Numbered from the stretch's first letter, positions 26,609 through 40,412 are shown. The stretch is 64,000 bases of DNA from Octopus sinensis (GCF_006345805.1 NC_042997.1:184822001-184886000); one strand, 5' to 3'. The notes: a model not told the origin generated them from the letters alone. Translations and numbers: made by a program.

Positions 26609-27680
26609 TTAATGATAAAGTGAAATGATAAGAAGCAGTTAGCCATACCGAAAAAGTGAACTACTTGCATGTTCAGAGAAGCATCGGCGATTATACTGAA
26701 AAGGGACAAAGAACACTACGTCTTCAAAAGAATGTTGTGAGGCATTAGCGAGTGAGTGCATTCATTTTTATAAGCGGGAAGTTTAGTTGCAGGTCCAGAT
26801 GTCTGCATGTGTACTAGACTCACCCTCCTGTATCTCAAACTATCACATTTCCGAAAAATACTAGGCTTTATATTTTCTGTTAGAATTTCCTCTTGATCAA
26901 ACATTCCTCACATTGCAAAACTTGGTTAAAAACAAACGTGTGTTAAAATTTTCAATGTCAGAAAATACGTTAATCCTAAACAGCTGCTAATCCTATATAT
27001 AAAGCGTAAATGTATCCAACATTACTAAAGAACTGATCACATATCTGGGCTGAAGCAAACACACCTCTCATGCACGCATTCATGCAAATATCGTAGACGG
27101 CAACCGGAAAACAAAGAAAGCTCCCTCGCTGGTAAACAAGATATTACACAGTAACATTCATTGATTTACCAACGAGCTGTGTGCTCTCTATGTGATTTCA
27201 GCTGCGTCTACAACTATATAGGATTGTTGACTGAAAACTGTTTCTTCTTAAACCAACAGTTTCTTCGTTTTCTGTCCATTCTCCCGTGGTTCTATTTATC
27301 CAATCTTTGTGAGAGATGCAATTCCCTGTACGTCAAGTTTTTCCATGTTTTCCTTAAAGTTAATAATCTACAAGAGTTGGAATTGCACAGCAGGAACCAT
27401 ATTTAGCTCTCACAACATTCTATGCCAGAACATTTTCAACATTATTATTACTTTGGTAACTAGTACGTGTATGCAATTGTGTGTGGACATTCCGTATATA
27501 TGAAAATGCGGCGTTAATTGTAGATAGTCATTAAAAAATATATAGACCACACTCAAAACAATTGTTCATCATTTAGTATACACATCATTGCATATTTGTC
27601 GCAATAGCCTTACTTGATTTGTTTCATCATATTGATAGTAGTTGGAATCTGAATTATTTGGTTTGCTGCCATTATACAAA

Positions 27681-28819
27681 CTAGCAAATCTACCCATCTA
27701 CGATGGCGGCACAAAATGAGGGAGGGAAGTCATAACAGCAGTATGTATTGAGAAATGTGTACATGGGCTTGATAGGTTACTGGGTGATGTCTTAGAGAAA
27801 TCACATTATTGTTGGTGATAGAGCCTTCTATTGTAGCTATATATGACATGTTTGCGAGTAAGTGACGCGATGACTATTCAATCCCGAACTGAAATAGGCT
27901 CCCAGCCTCTGTATCATGAATGGTTATGTGGACCACTCCTATCGAAAGCCAGCGCTTCCTTCGACCATTACATAAAAAGTATTAAGAAAAAAATGTTATT
28001 TAGATGTACTTTTATTTTAGTTGTTCACACTATTTTACATTTGTTTATACTCTTATACATTCAAAGTTCACAAATTTCCTTATTTAAATTATGAATCATA
28101 TTCCTCTTAGTAATATCAATATGATTACAAAAACTTCTTTGTAGACGATATTTTCTGTTTGGTCGACACTAATTTTCAAATTACTGGAGTCCGTTGCTCT
28201 ATTCATAACGACGTATAACTGGCCGTGTGTAAACATCGGAGTGGGTAAAAATACACCTACATAATCTAAAGCCAGTCTCTGTGCCTTGTTTGCTGTGAAT
28301 ACACGAGCGGAATCTTTAGGGTTGCAAAAAATCAAACTAAGACTTACCTCTCACTGTTCTATACGAATAATGTCTGGATGTTCTGACAGTCTGGTTTATC
28401 TTGATTGACAAAACTGAGATGTAAACAACAGCAGCCGCTTCGATTAGCCGTTTCGAATCCTGCTCGAGACTGATACACTTCAATAATCACGCACACTATA
28501 TACTGACACACACTTTTTTCTATTTTATTTTCGCTATTATCCGTCCTCGTATCTACAATGGGCTCACGAACTATACGGTGAAAATCCAGAGTCACTTGTG
28601 GTCGGTAAATTTTTAATAAAAATGCGAATGTAGTTTATCATTTCAAAAATTGCTATGCATGGAATAATCATACATTATGATTTATCAATGCTAAAAACCT
28701 TCCTAACGACCATCTTTCTAATCCTGAAAAATATCGTAACCAGTGGTCCAGCTGTCTGGCCATGAAGAGGAAAAAGAGAAAGGGACGGACAGATGGATAT
28801 AACGCTCATTACAGTAAGA
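27681..28819 (-). mobile_element. Internally deleted Helitron retaining the C-terminus of the RepHel PIF1-like helicase
   Basis: ORF 28096-28335 gives TANKAQRLALDYVGVFLPTPMFTHGQLYVVMNR..TENIVYKEV (helicase motifs V/VI). Minus-strand 5' A|TCTTACTGTAAT and 3' CCATCGTAGATGG hairpin..GCTAG|T. Confidence 0.85.
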
Positions 28820-29102
28820 TAATATCGCCATATGTGAAATCATCTGCATGTTTTATGTAATTTTATGATATAACAAGGAATTTACTGTTAAACGATTTTT
28901 AACTCCTGATAACGTTTTATCGGTTATAACATTTTCCCTATGATGCATTACTACATACAACACAGTACGTCAACAACATAATACTACCATATCTTCATTC
29001 AGAAAATGAGGCGAAAATGTTTTGAAATATTACGAAGCTTCATTTGAAAACTAACTAAACAGAAAACAACTTAGGAATAACAAAACATACCATATATATG
29101 TA

Positions 29103-29310
29103 GTGAGCTGGCAGAAACGTTAGCACGCCGGGCGAAGTGTTTAACGGTATTTCGTCTGTGTTTACGCTCAGAGTTCAAATTCCGCCGAGGTCAACTTTGC
29201 CTTTCATCCTTTCTGGGTCGATAAATTAAGTACCAGTTGCTTACTGGTGTCGATCTAATCGACCGCCCCCTCCCCAAATTTCGGGCCTTGTGCCTACAGT
29301 AGAAACGGAT
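29103..29310 (+). mobile_element. SINE family B, near full length
   Basis: GAGCTGGCAGAAACGTTAGCACGCCGGGCG..GAGTTCAAATTCC..GCCTTTCATCCTTT..GGGCCTTGTGCCTA. Confidence 0.9.
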
Positions 29311-30489
29311 TAGTACTTAGAAATACGTATCTTGATTTAAACCTCTTACCATCGAAATGAGACAATTGAGCGCAGCTGTTATTGATTTGGCATGGCTGAT
29401 TAGACATTCAACATGTTTGGTGATATTACGCTTTATCACTGGAAGCTAACACACTCACGGATTTACATACATGCGCAAAGCTATATACATATATAAATAA
29501 AGAGAGCGAGACAGAAAATGGAAGAGAGATTCTACACAAACATACAAGCATAGATAGATGCGTGGACACATAAACAGGAAGAGGGAGAGGGAGGGGGAGA
29601 GAGAGACAGAGGCATAAGGGGAGACAACAAGAGAAACTATAAAACGACTGATGACAAATATAACAGCATCGAATCAGTGAGGCCAAGTTGGCTGTGACTA
29701 ATAATCTCTTACTCCTAACAATATATCAAAACTGGGGAAAAAAAATTTCTAAAATTCTCTCTTCTTACGTTTGAACTCCTTTCAAATTAATTATAAACAA
29801 CATATCAACTTCCTGTATATTGATTAATAATGGACGCTGAGGGTGGAACATTTGACGCTGTAAATTCCCTCTCCAAATGATAGGAAAAGAAACAAAATAA
29901 TGCAACAGAACAAAATGGCGAATGCAGCGTGGAAGACCAAGTTAGCGATTCAGAAACAAACAAAGACCCTTATCTTGACTTATACATTTATTTGTAATAT
30001 GGCGTCAAAATTTTCGCCGTTCGAAACTACATGCGTGTCACTGATAAAAAAAAACAAGAACTTCTGCTCCATCTGCGGAACCAAATTGAAGAGAAGAAAA
30101 CTGTGGAGACTATTTTAGACAGAATTAATAAGATTTCACACATTTTCAAAATTATACTGAAATGGTTTATTTGCGGCTCGGGGAGGTGGAGTTTGTTAAT
30201 AAAGAATTTGTTTTGTTTTGAATTGATAACAAGTTCATTTAAATTTAGTGCATTCATATTATTAAATTTTACGTCTCGGAAACTAAATGTATTTGGACAA
30301 ATGAAGTGCCAAGGTTATAGCTATCGCAAATATGTTATGAGTACAATTTTAGTGCGATTGTTACCCAACACTTTCCAGCTTCTGTTCTTTCTTTCCTGCT
30401 CTCTTTTGTCTTTCAGTGTTATTTTTGCTAGCAAAACATGAGTTAAATATCTTTCGTAATTCATTGATGGCGAAGATGTCGATGGTGCA

Positions 30490-30625
30490 CTGTAGTTGCT
30501 GTTGCTGCTGCAACTACTACTACTACTACTACTACTACTACCTCCACCATGACTAATAATAATAATGATAATAATAATAACAACAACAACAGCAACAACA
30601 GCATCATCAATTATGACGACGACTG
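30490..30625. repeat. Compound trinucleotide repeat (GTT/CTA/AAT/AAC)
   Basis: Adjacent trinucleotide runs. Confidence 0.9.
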
Positions 30626-30689
30626 CGGCATAAAAGAGCCGGAAATGAGAGGATTCCAAATCTTCGGTTAAAATATTTAGCAAGGATAT

Positions 30690-32100
30690 AGTTACAAGTT
30701 AAAGCACCCAAACTTCGACAATATCGCAGAAAATGAATAAACATCTGCAAAAACAGAACTAATTTCCCGGAGTGCAGACGGAATGCACCAAAGACTAATA
30801 TGGCTATAAAGATCGGTTACTCATTAAGAATGTCATATTCGAAGGCAGAAGATTCTGTGCACGGAGTCGAATGACATTCAGATTGCTTTTAGCAGTGTTC
30901 CTCGTGGCGTGAATACAGGAAACAGTCACGACGCTTGTTGCACCAATAATATGTAGATTCTTTAAACAAGACATCTATAAAAGGTTAATATTTCTAAAGA
31001 AACAGAAACATCTTTCATTGGAAGAATAATATTCCAGAGAGACTTTCCTCTCGACTGTTTTTTCTCTTTTTTTCATCAGTTTTTCTTTCATGCGCGGCGC
31101 TAACACTTTTATTTGGCAAGCTAAGCAGGGCTGAATTCAGACACAATTCTGAGAGGGCAAAAAAAGAAAAAAAAAAAGAATCATCTTTTTGTATATGGGT
31201 GACCTCAAATTCTTCGTCGCAGATGATAAATAAATAAATAGATAAATATTAAGCTAAAACTATTATTATAGAAACTAGAGAGATTTATTAGAGAAGATGA
31301 TATGAGAATCTGATCAGAAAACTGCGCAAAGGCAACCACGAATATTAAATAAGAACGCTATTATTATACTACATAAAGAAACAGATATAAGAAAACTGCA
31401 GCTTCTTATAAATACATAGAAATGAATGAACTAAATAGTGTACAATACATACAAATAAAAGAAAAGTTTTGGAAAGAATATTATATTTGGATTAAATTAA
31501 TACTTAAAAGAAGGATAAATGCAGAATTGAAAGACAATAAACATCACTTCTTTAGCTACTTACTAATAAATTATTGTCATAATATTTTCAATTGAACGTT
31601 AAAGAAACTAGTAAGACTAGAGAGAAAAACAAGAATAATAACTGCAGTTAGAATATATCAAACAAAATAAAACAGAAGATTGCATGTACGCTGAATAAAG
31701 ATGGAAGACTGGCGGAATTTTGAAACTTTTATAAAATATCCACTATAGGATTACAAGAATTTTAAAAAAATGCACATGTAACTCTCTGTTTCTTTTAAAA
31801 TCCTTTCCATGGGTTGAGCTACAAACTAGCAATCATTTCTAATGAAAAGCATTTGGAATTATTATTTCTTAACTGACCTAGTCGTTGTAGACAGTACAAA
31901 GATTTGGATGTTGAAATGAAGTAAAAATTTGAAACAGCAACAACAGATAATAAAATAACAGCAAAAACAGTTTCTGAATTGGTAGTGATATTTTTTTGGA
32001 ATAGTCAAAAACCCCTATAGATACAAAATTAGCAAAGGCGAGAACCATCTGCTGATGGTCTCTGAGCCGGTATTTTGATGTAATTGACCATCTGCTCATA
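30690..32100 (+). mobile_element. Highly degraded R4/Dong-like LINE RT remnant
   Basis: Fragments read IFQRD (~31030), HL.YMGDLKF (~31180), DDMRI..NCAKAT (~31300) and IDHLL (~32085), colinear with the intact element at 48.7-50.8 kb. Confidence 0.6.
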
Positions 32101-33171
32101 GCTTCATCCTAGTTCCTATGAAACTCGTACGAACGAAAATGTAAGTATTTAAAAAGATCGTAGGTATTGTACACCTAAGAAGCCAGATGGTCTAATTTGG
32201 TCCCTTCATAAGAAGATATATTAGCCGATGGATTTCTCGAGGCTATTTAGTGCTCCTGTTAGTGCCTAATATTCATTCAGTTGTATCTGACATTGCCACA
32301 GTTACAACACTTCACCCTGCGAAGATGGTTTGCCGTGAACAAGCTCCTCAAGTGATATGCATTCTAAAACCTCTGGCTTTGCGACAATGAGCCAAGAGCG
32401 AAAGGTCGAGGATCAGTAAGAGAGAACACTCTTGAATCTAGCGTTGAAATCGAATGTTAGAACCGTTCAGAAAAATAGTCTGAGCAGTGAGCGAAAAATA
32501 CTATAGACTGAAGTAACCCAGCTTCTGAAAACAGGACGGACGAAACTATTTTGAGGTCAGTCGCCATGCCGAAATAATAAAAACTTTTGATTCGTATTAA
32601 TTACAGACCGCAAGGAATTCAGATTTCGCACCTGCCCTCTTTACGCATGAAAGGATTGTCGCATAAAGATTTGACTATGATCGCGCAGATCCGTACGGAA
32701 TAAGAATTCCATCTCTGTCCCTAGAAATTTTCCTATTTCTCATATCATCCTTGTTTCACTCCCACCAACCTGCTGCCACGAGTCATTAAATATTTATCTT
32801 TGGTGACACATATATACCACCTGCACATTTACGTCTCATCTGCCTATAAGAAATGAAATGAGAATGAATTCCTCACTACCCCAAACCTACTTTTCAGTGT
32901 AATTTACTGAGCTTTGCAAAAACTGTGACACAATCAAAGCGACCTTTTCTCTTTCGTTCATATTAGTCCGTTAATTTTGGCAGATATATTGGCATGTTCA
33001 TTAATATCTAGAATGTGTTATTATTGTCCGTAAGGGAGGAATGACCATAACAACAATGAATGCAATAATATCCCCGAAACAGGTTGTAGATTATAAATTA
33101 AGTGACGGAAAATTATAACGATGCTATTATAATTCAATTCAAAACTAAACATTACATTCTATTTTTCATAT

Positions 33172-33330
33172 TGGTTTCAAACTTTGGCACTAGATTAGCA
33201 ATTACGGGGGAGAGGTAAGTCGATTACATCGTTCCCATTGCTCAACCGGTGCTTATTTTATTATTTTTTTTTATCCTGAAAAGATGAAAGGCACATCGAC
33301 TTCGGCGACATTTGAACTCAGAACATAGAG
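33172..33330 (-). mobile_element. SINE family B, diverged
   Basis: GTCGATTACATCG..GATGAAAGGCA..TCGACTTCGGCG..TTTGAACTCAGAAC. Confidence 0.75.
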
Positions 33331-33339
33331 ACGTTGATA

Positions 33340-34290
33340 ATTCACTTAATTTTCACATGTGTTTAGATTCAAATAATTAGAAATAATAAAGAGAGCCAGA
33401 CTAATCTTTTAACAAAGGAAATTTTAACTTAAGGTGCAACTGGAATTTTGAAAACGAAGAAGAAGTGCAAAGGCAGTATAGGAGTGAGTTCCAAACAAAA
33501 CCACCAATGCTGATTATCATCACTGAAATCAGGGATAAGTTTGACGAAGATGGAATTATGCAGAATACACACAAGAAACCTTCCGGAAGATCTCGGACAC
33601 CAATGGGTTCCCCAAAGCAAGAAAAGTTACTAGAAAATCTGTGCTGCCGGCAAATCGTGCGACAGGAACTTCAAACTCAACTGTTGTTTACATTTTGAAG
33701 CGCTATCATTAGAAAAGTTACATTCTAAAAATAACACTTACGCTCAGTTAAGACAATGGTGATTGAAGAGAGATTTTACGAGTGGTACGTGGTGAAATTC
33801 TTGAAGGTGCACAATTTCCAGCAAAAAATATTTAGAGGGATGGGCAACATTTTATTTACATCGCTGTATTAATCGCCATATTTACACCTACTGCGGATCT
33901 GAGAATCCGTATATTGCAGAAAGACATCATGTTCATTTATCAGAAGTAGTAGCATGGTGCAGTATATCACCAAAAGGATTCATTGAACCATTCTTTTATG
34001 ATGGTATTGCGACCTGTCTTACTCGAACTTGCGGCGACAGTCTATCAGGAAAAAGCATTCAAGAGGACTTTAAATATGTGGTGTAGTATTTCCAAAAGGA
34101 CGGGACACTCCCACACTACATGGTAATGTAAGGGCTGACTTTGGTGAGATTTTGTCAAGCAGGTAGATTAGATTAAGAGGTTCAGTAGAGTACACTCCCT
34201 CCGTTCACGAGTAATTTTTATGGCGATACTTAAACGATAAAGCTTAGCAGTATTTTAATGACGCAGACGAGAATTTTTTGTTGTGAAACA
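33340..34290 (+). mobile_element. Degraded Tc1/mariner-superfamily transposase (DUF4817-type HTH, DD41D/rosa-like)
   Basis: QRQYRSEFQTKPP..IRDKFDEDG..KKPSGRSRT N-terminus. Downstream frameshifted FQKDG..PHY and RGSVEY. Confidence 0.65.
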
Positions 34291-34429
34291 ATGCAGCAGG
34301 TACTTGAAATAGGACCTTATTGGCGGTTGTGATAAACCCACAAGTGTTTGTTGTAATGACATAGATAAATTGTGGTTGCAATGAAACATTTAATATATAT
34401 TACCATATTGCTCTATTTATAACATGCAT

Positions 34430-35010
34430 TACTTGTTAACGATAACAAGGAGACTATGTCTAGCACCCAGTAATTGTGATGAAACTAAGTCTAGCCTTCT
34501 AGTACTGGATTCTTTTTAATAATAAAGTGAAGAATGCATTTTTAACAACCAACACTTGCTATCAATTAACAGAGGTCGCTCATACACTTAGTTGTGAAAA
34601 TTAACATGAAGACTATATTTTGAACACCAAAGTCATAGAAATTATAATTTCAACAAGCAACTCTAGTTAGCAGCTGTATAGAGAAAGTGTCTGACACCTG
34701 AAAGTTGTTAACAATAATGCAGAGACTAATTTATAATGTCCTTGACTTGTTAATAATAACAACATACAATCTTTTAGCACCCAGCTCTTATTTACGATAA
34801 TCAGGAGCCTGCAATCCTGACAAGTAACTCTTGTTAACAATCCCATGAAGATTACTTCTAATAGAGAGCACGTGTTAACAATATTACAGTGAATAGATTT
34901 CTTAAGATTCAGCTCCTGTTAGTAATAGACACTGAGAATTTCTTAAGAATAACATGGTGACTATAATTTTAACACTAATATATTGTTAATGATAACGCGA
35001 GATTATGATT
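34430..35010. repeat. Degenerate ~41-44 bp minisatellite
   Basis: Recurring TTGTTAACAATAA..GAGACTA..TTTAACAC units, with anchors at ~34707, 34748, 34789, 34833 and 34873. Confidence 0.6.
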
Positions 35011-35317
35011 ATACTAAACATATTTAAGGCGGCGAGCTGGCAGAAACATTTGCAAACAAAAGCATGGAAACTACATCTGAGACCCTGTCGTTCTTAGAAA
35101 TGATATAGCGTTAGTACGCTAATGTACAAATATCGAGAAATATTAAAGTCTTTATTAACGATGTGTCTGAAAGTGAATTTTTCTTTAAATAATGACTTAC
35201 AATGCATTGCGTTAAAAAATGGATGGAAACGGGGTTATGTAACCCAATGTATTAAAAGCTAAGATTTATAGCTGAATTCGCTCCGAGACATCGTTAATAA
35301 GGACCTAATTAAATAAT

Positions 35318-35529
35318 GCTTTTTACAATAAGCACAAAACCTGGAAATTGTGGGGAGGGGTTTGTCGATCACATCGACTGCAGTACTTGACTGGTACTTA
35401 TTTTGTCTACCCGAAAGGATAAAAGGCAAAGTCGATCTTGACGCAATTTGAATTCAGAAAGTGAAAACGGACGAAACGTCGCTAATCATGTTGACCGGCG
35501 TGTTAATGATTCTGCCAGCTCGCTGCCTT
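35318..35529 (-). mobile_element. SINE family B, full length
   Basis: All family B blocks on the minus strand. Confidence 0.85.
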
Positions 35530-35796
35530 GACCTATTTAATTAATAACAGCATATTTCTAACACCAGGCACCTGTTAGAAATAACATGTAAACTACTTGT
35601 AACATACAGCCCTTGCATCGAGACTTCATGTCTAACTACGAACACATATTAAAACTAACATCAGTTTTGTATCACATACAGAATTCTTGATAACAACAAC
35701 TTCTTCTTAATTATATGCATATTGTTTATTATAATTGTGTGCTGAAGATAGCAAAGAGACTATTTAACACACGAAATCCATTGTTCTTAAAACTCT

Positions 35797-36183
35797 TTTT
35801 ACATGTTTCAGTCATGTGACTGTGGCCATGCTGGAGCACCGCCTTCAGTCGAGCAAATCGACCCCAGGACTCCTTCTTTGTAAGCCTAGTACTTATACTA
35901 TCGGTCTATTTTGTCGAACCGCTAGTTACGGGGACGTAACCTAGCGGTTGTCAAGCGATGTTGAGGGAACAAACACAGACACACAAATATATACACACAC
36001 ATACATACGCACATACATATATACGGCGGGCTTCCTTCAGTTTCCGTCTACCAAATCCACTCACAAGGCTTTGGTCGGCTCGAGGGTATAGTAGAAGATA
36101 CTTGCCCAAAGTGTCACGCAGTGGGAATGAACCCGGAACCATGTGGTTCGTAAAGAAGCTACTTACCACACAGCCACTCCTGC
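35797..36183 (-). mobile_element. SINE family A, near full length
   Basis: Reverse complement of head, body, internal (CA/TA) tract and tail. Confidence 0.9.
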
Positions 36184-36929
36184 CACTTCATTGTTAACAT
36201 TGACATCAATTCTATTTCTCAAATCTAAGTCCTGCAAAAAAATTATTTATTTTATAATTACAGATCCCATCTTTTGCAAAAAACATAAATAAAAATATAT
36301 ATATATATAAATAAATAAAAGTATTAAAGAAAAAGAAAGAACAGAGAATATTGAGAAACAAATAATCCCTGCCATAAATAACTTGAATATGTATTCATCA
36401 AATGGAAATATTGCGTACTTAATATGGTGGCTTTTCATAACATCTAACATACACTTAAGATTACGTTCACAGTATCTACGAGAACTTGCGTTTTATAAAT
36501 CATAATTAAGTTGTAATATCGGACTCTTGCAGAAATTATAATAGCTATAATACCAGTTAGTTACAGTTATCATTTAAAAAAAGGCTGTTTATATTATAAC
36601 TATTGTAGTTAGTTACTTATGTCAAGAATGAGGTAGGGTCTGTAACATTCAGCTCGCCACAATGGGAATGCTATCTATAGCTATATCATATAGTAATGCA
36701 TAACATTGAAGCAAAACACTATTAAAAGATAAACAATTTATTAATTGAAACCAACTGCCAAGAATGAATGAGAGCTGCAAAAGTAGGTATACAATAAGGA
36801 TTATGCCAGTATTATTAGAGGGGTGTTAGGATTCATTTACTACTCGAATTCATTTAATTAATTAAAACCATTGCTACTATTTTAAATATTTCTACACAAC
36901 CTTCTTTCTGTAATACATCTGTTATTTGC

Positions 36930-37135
36930 AGGTAAAGTGGAAATTCAAGAACAACTAGTAATTTAACAAAGGAGGGCGCATGGATGTCCACACTAGACTA
37001 GTGGAGTGTGTGAATGCTGGAGGCAAAATGTTTGAACATTTGTGAGTATATTTTTGATATATTTATATAATCAATTAAGTACATTGTGTGTGCACGCTTT
37101 GATTTTCATTATTTTTGCAGCCCTTTGAAAATGCA
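36930..37135 (+). mobile_element. Tc1/mariner transposase C-terminal remnant
   Basis: ..RLVECVNAGGKMFEHL* resembles the conserved transposase C-terminus. TIR-like TTTTCATTATTTTTGCAGCCCTTT follows. Confidence 0.45.
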
Positions 37136-37298
37136 AATAGGCTTATCCAATTCAATTAAGCTTTTTGTTGTGGTGGGTTTATAAGTGGTGTCTCAGTAGG
37201 GAATTGATGATGAAATACCTACCCAAGATTGAAATTATCACGGCTGAGTCCTCTATATCAGTCTATTGTATTTAAAAAGGAGAGAGAGAGAGTGTATG

Positions 37299-37329
<31 letters not shown>

Positions 37330-37662
37330 TATATTAAATTAGAGATAAAACCACTATTAGGCAAATCAAACAGTGAAAATCATAAGCCAATACATAGAAA
37401 TAAAATTATCCCTAATATTATATATATATATATATACACACCAATCACAATGGTGGTTTGAGTAGGTATGGTAATGCAAATAGGAAAAACTAAAACTCAA
37501 AATATGAGTATATGTATATTTTTCGAAACGACACACGAAAACACTCGGACCTTGAGTTACTCTGTTGCCTCTGTTAAATGTTCATATATATATGTTTATG
37601 TACACGCACACACACATATATATTCAGCAGAATTCTGTGGAGAATATAGGGTTGAGATTATA

Positions 37663-37895
37663 TATTTCTTTACTACCCACAAGGGGCTAAACACAGAGAG
37701 GACAAACAAGGACAGACAAACGAATTATGTCGATTACGTCGACTCCAGTGCGTAACTGGTACTTAATTTATCGACCCCGAAAGGATGAAAGGCAAAGTCG
37801 ACCTCGGCCGAGTTTGAACTCAGAATTGTAACGGCAGACGAAATACGGCTACGCATTTCGCCCGGCGTGCTAACGTTTCTGCTAGCTCTCCGCCC
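37663..37895 (-). mobile_element. SINE family B (long-tail variant) with 18-bp TSD
   Basis: TATAGGGTTGAGATTATA duplicated at 37645-37662 and 37896-37913. Confidence 0.93.
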
Positions 37896-39204
37896 TATAG
37901 GGTTGAGATTATAATCATCAGAAGGTTTGGAAATTGCAAGGGAAATGTAGCCCGTGATCATAAGGACAGTGTAAAGTCATGTACCATTAATCGGGTGAAG
38001 AAAAGAACATAGTGGAGACAATAACGTATAGGAGTCCAAGAACCTTATTCAGCTATTTGCTGAAGCTCTTTAGCATTTGATTCAAGTTATACTCGCAGTG
38101 TGTTTGTGAGTTCCAATGCTACAGTCGATGTTACTTGCCCAAGGTAGCTACGATGTCGGATCGAACCCGAAAGCACATAGTTTCGGAGCAAACTTTTAAA
38201 CCTGGAAGCTATGTCTGAATGTTGAAGTTTGTAAAACTGAAATACATAATTAGATAAAGAATTACAGACAGCGAAGAAATAAACATAGAGACAAGTAGAA
38301 CATTTTCTTTCAAATATGTACAGTTTGTTTTTATTATTACTTTTTTTTATAGGGTTTCTCCTTTTTTATTGTTAGTAAGATGCAAAATTTAATTAGCAGT
38401 ACATAGAGACGAACTTCTACACACGCAGAAAAGAGAAAAATACTCATAAAATTTCTGATATTTAAATATACAAACATGTTCTACTGTCAAAATTCAAAAA
38501 TATAAAATAACATGTGTTAACGAAACAAAATAAAAGAAATGGAGACAGCTCTTTCGAAAATGTTATGTTTGAATAGAATAATAAAAAAATGTAAAAAAAA
38601 AACCTCTTGCTATCAACCACGAATAGATTTCTACACCACATGGCACAAATATGTTGCAGGGTGAAATACCAGCAGAGACAATTTTTGGCCTCATCGGTGA
38701 ACTGTTTTAAAGATGTTGGTTTTCATAGCTTCGTTCTAGCCAATGTATTCTTCAGTTTTTAACTTTGGAATTTGTTATATGTTGATTTCTTCTTTTGCGA
38801 AATGAGATGGTTCTGCCATCCTTTTATCATGGGAGTTGCAAAGGTATTATATTTTATTAGACAAGCTGGAGGTAAATGAATATGAAAGATAGGCATTTGT
38901 TCGTTGGTAATTGAGTGCATAGCTCTGTAGGCTTAAAGGAAAGTAAGCCTTCGTTCTCATAGCATTAAACCTATTTAATGTTTTCTTGAAATCTGCTCAG
39001 GTTTCCCAATGTAATGCACACAGCTTGAATATGTTTGTCTACATGTATGTATTTATGTATGTATGTTGATATAATTACACGCTCGCACACACACACACCA
39101 TATACCCACACATATAATCCTTCTCCATATATATATATATATATATAAACAAGTATACTCATTTACTTGTTTATATATATATACACACACACATATACAT
39201 ATAC

Positions 39205-39255
<51 letters not shown>

Positions 39256-39270
39256 TATACTCATTTACTT

Positions 39271-39318
<48 letters not shown>

Positions 39319-39437
39319 GACGGCACATGTGTATATATATATAAGTGTGTGCGTGTGTGCTTGTGTGTGTATGAGTCTGTATGTGTGTCTGTATGTATGC
39401 ATCTGTGTCTATCTATCTATCCATCTATATATATATT

Positions 39438-39793
39438 AGGGCAGCGGGCTCGTGGCCGTAGGATCGCAGTTTCGATTCCCAGACCAGGTGTTGTGAGTGT
39501 TTATTAAGCAAAAACATCTAAAGTTCCATGAGACTCCGTCAGGAGTAGGTGGCGAACCCTGCTGTACTATTTCACCAAAACGTTCTCTCATTCTTTCTTC
39601 CTGCTTCTGTTGTACCAGTATTTCAAAGGGCCACCCTTGTCACACTTTGTGTCACGCTGAATCTCCCCGAGAACTACGTTCGGGGTGCACGTGTCTGTGG
39701 AGTGCTCAGCCACTTGCATGTTAATTTTACGAGCAGGCCGTTCCGTTGATCGGATCTACTGGAACCCTCGTCGTCGTAACCGACGGAGTACCA
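39438..39793 (+). mobile_element. SINE family C (tRNA-like head, long body)
   Basis: B-box-like GTTTCGATTCC. Body GGCGAAC.C.TGCTG.ACT.TTTCAC.A.AAC.TTCTCTCA.TCTTTC shared with 61276-61488. Confidence 0.8.
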
Positions 39794-40084
39794 CGGTATA
39801 TATACATATACGAGAAGAATGAAAAATATTGTATGTAGATGTATGTCGAGCTTGTTAGAGATAGTCGAACGATCCAATTGGTACTGGTTATTATTTAGTA
39901 AATACACGCATACTCTCTCTCTCACTCACACATTCACACACCATATACCCACACAGAGAATCCCACTCCTACACACATACACACACAGACAGACACACAC
40001 ATATATATACTTGAGCGCTCGTGTGTATTTATATATATGTGTGAATGTAACACATAGGCAAGGGATTTTGCCCTTAGTTTCAAT

Positions 40085-40412
40085 GGTTGCTTTACGTGAG
40101 TGTTCCTTGGGACTGGTTGACCACACTCCCTATTTTTCCTGATTTGATTTTCATCTATTTATCATCTGTTTTCCAACATAACACGATACATGGCTGGGAA
40201 GCAGTATCGCAGCGATGATGTCATATCTGTAGTTCATGACTTTGTTTGAAGAACAGGATGAAAGCTGTTCATCAACGATATCCAATCATTGCAACACCAA
40301 TGGAAGAAGTGTGTGGACCGTAAGGTGAGGCGGATATTTTGAAGAATTAAACCTTATTTGGTCATATTCCATGAGAGTATGTTGGTCAGCGTATGAACAT
40401 TTTCGCCGCCTC
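40085..40412 (+). mobile_element. Mariner (DD34D-like) transposase C-terminal remnant with right TIR
   Basis: LVDHTPYF.PDL..MAGKQYRSDD..EQDESC..IQSLQHQWKKCVDRK. Confidence 0.7.

Noticed and set aside
34430-35010. Periodic repeats as a CRISPR-like array
   Set aside because: Eukaryotic context, whole units are degenerate with no conserved-repeat/unique-spacer pattern, and no cas genes
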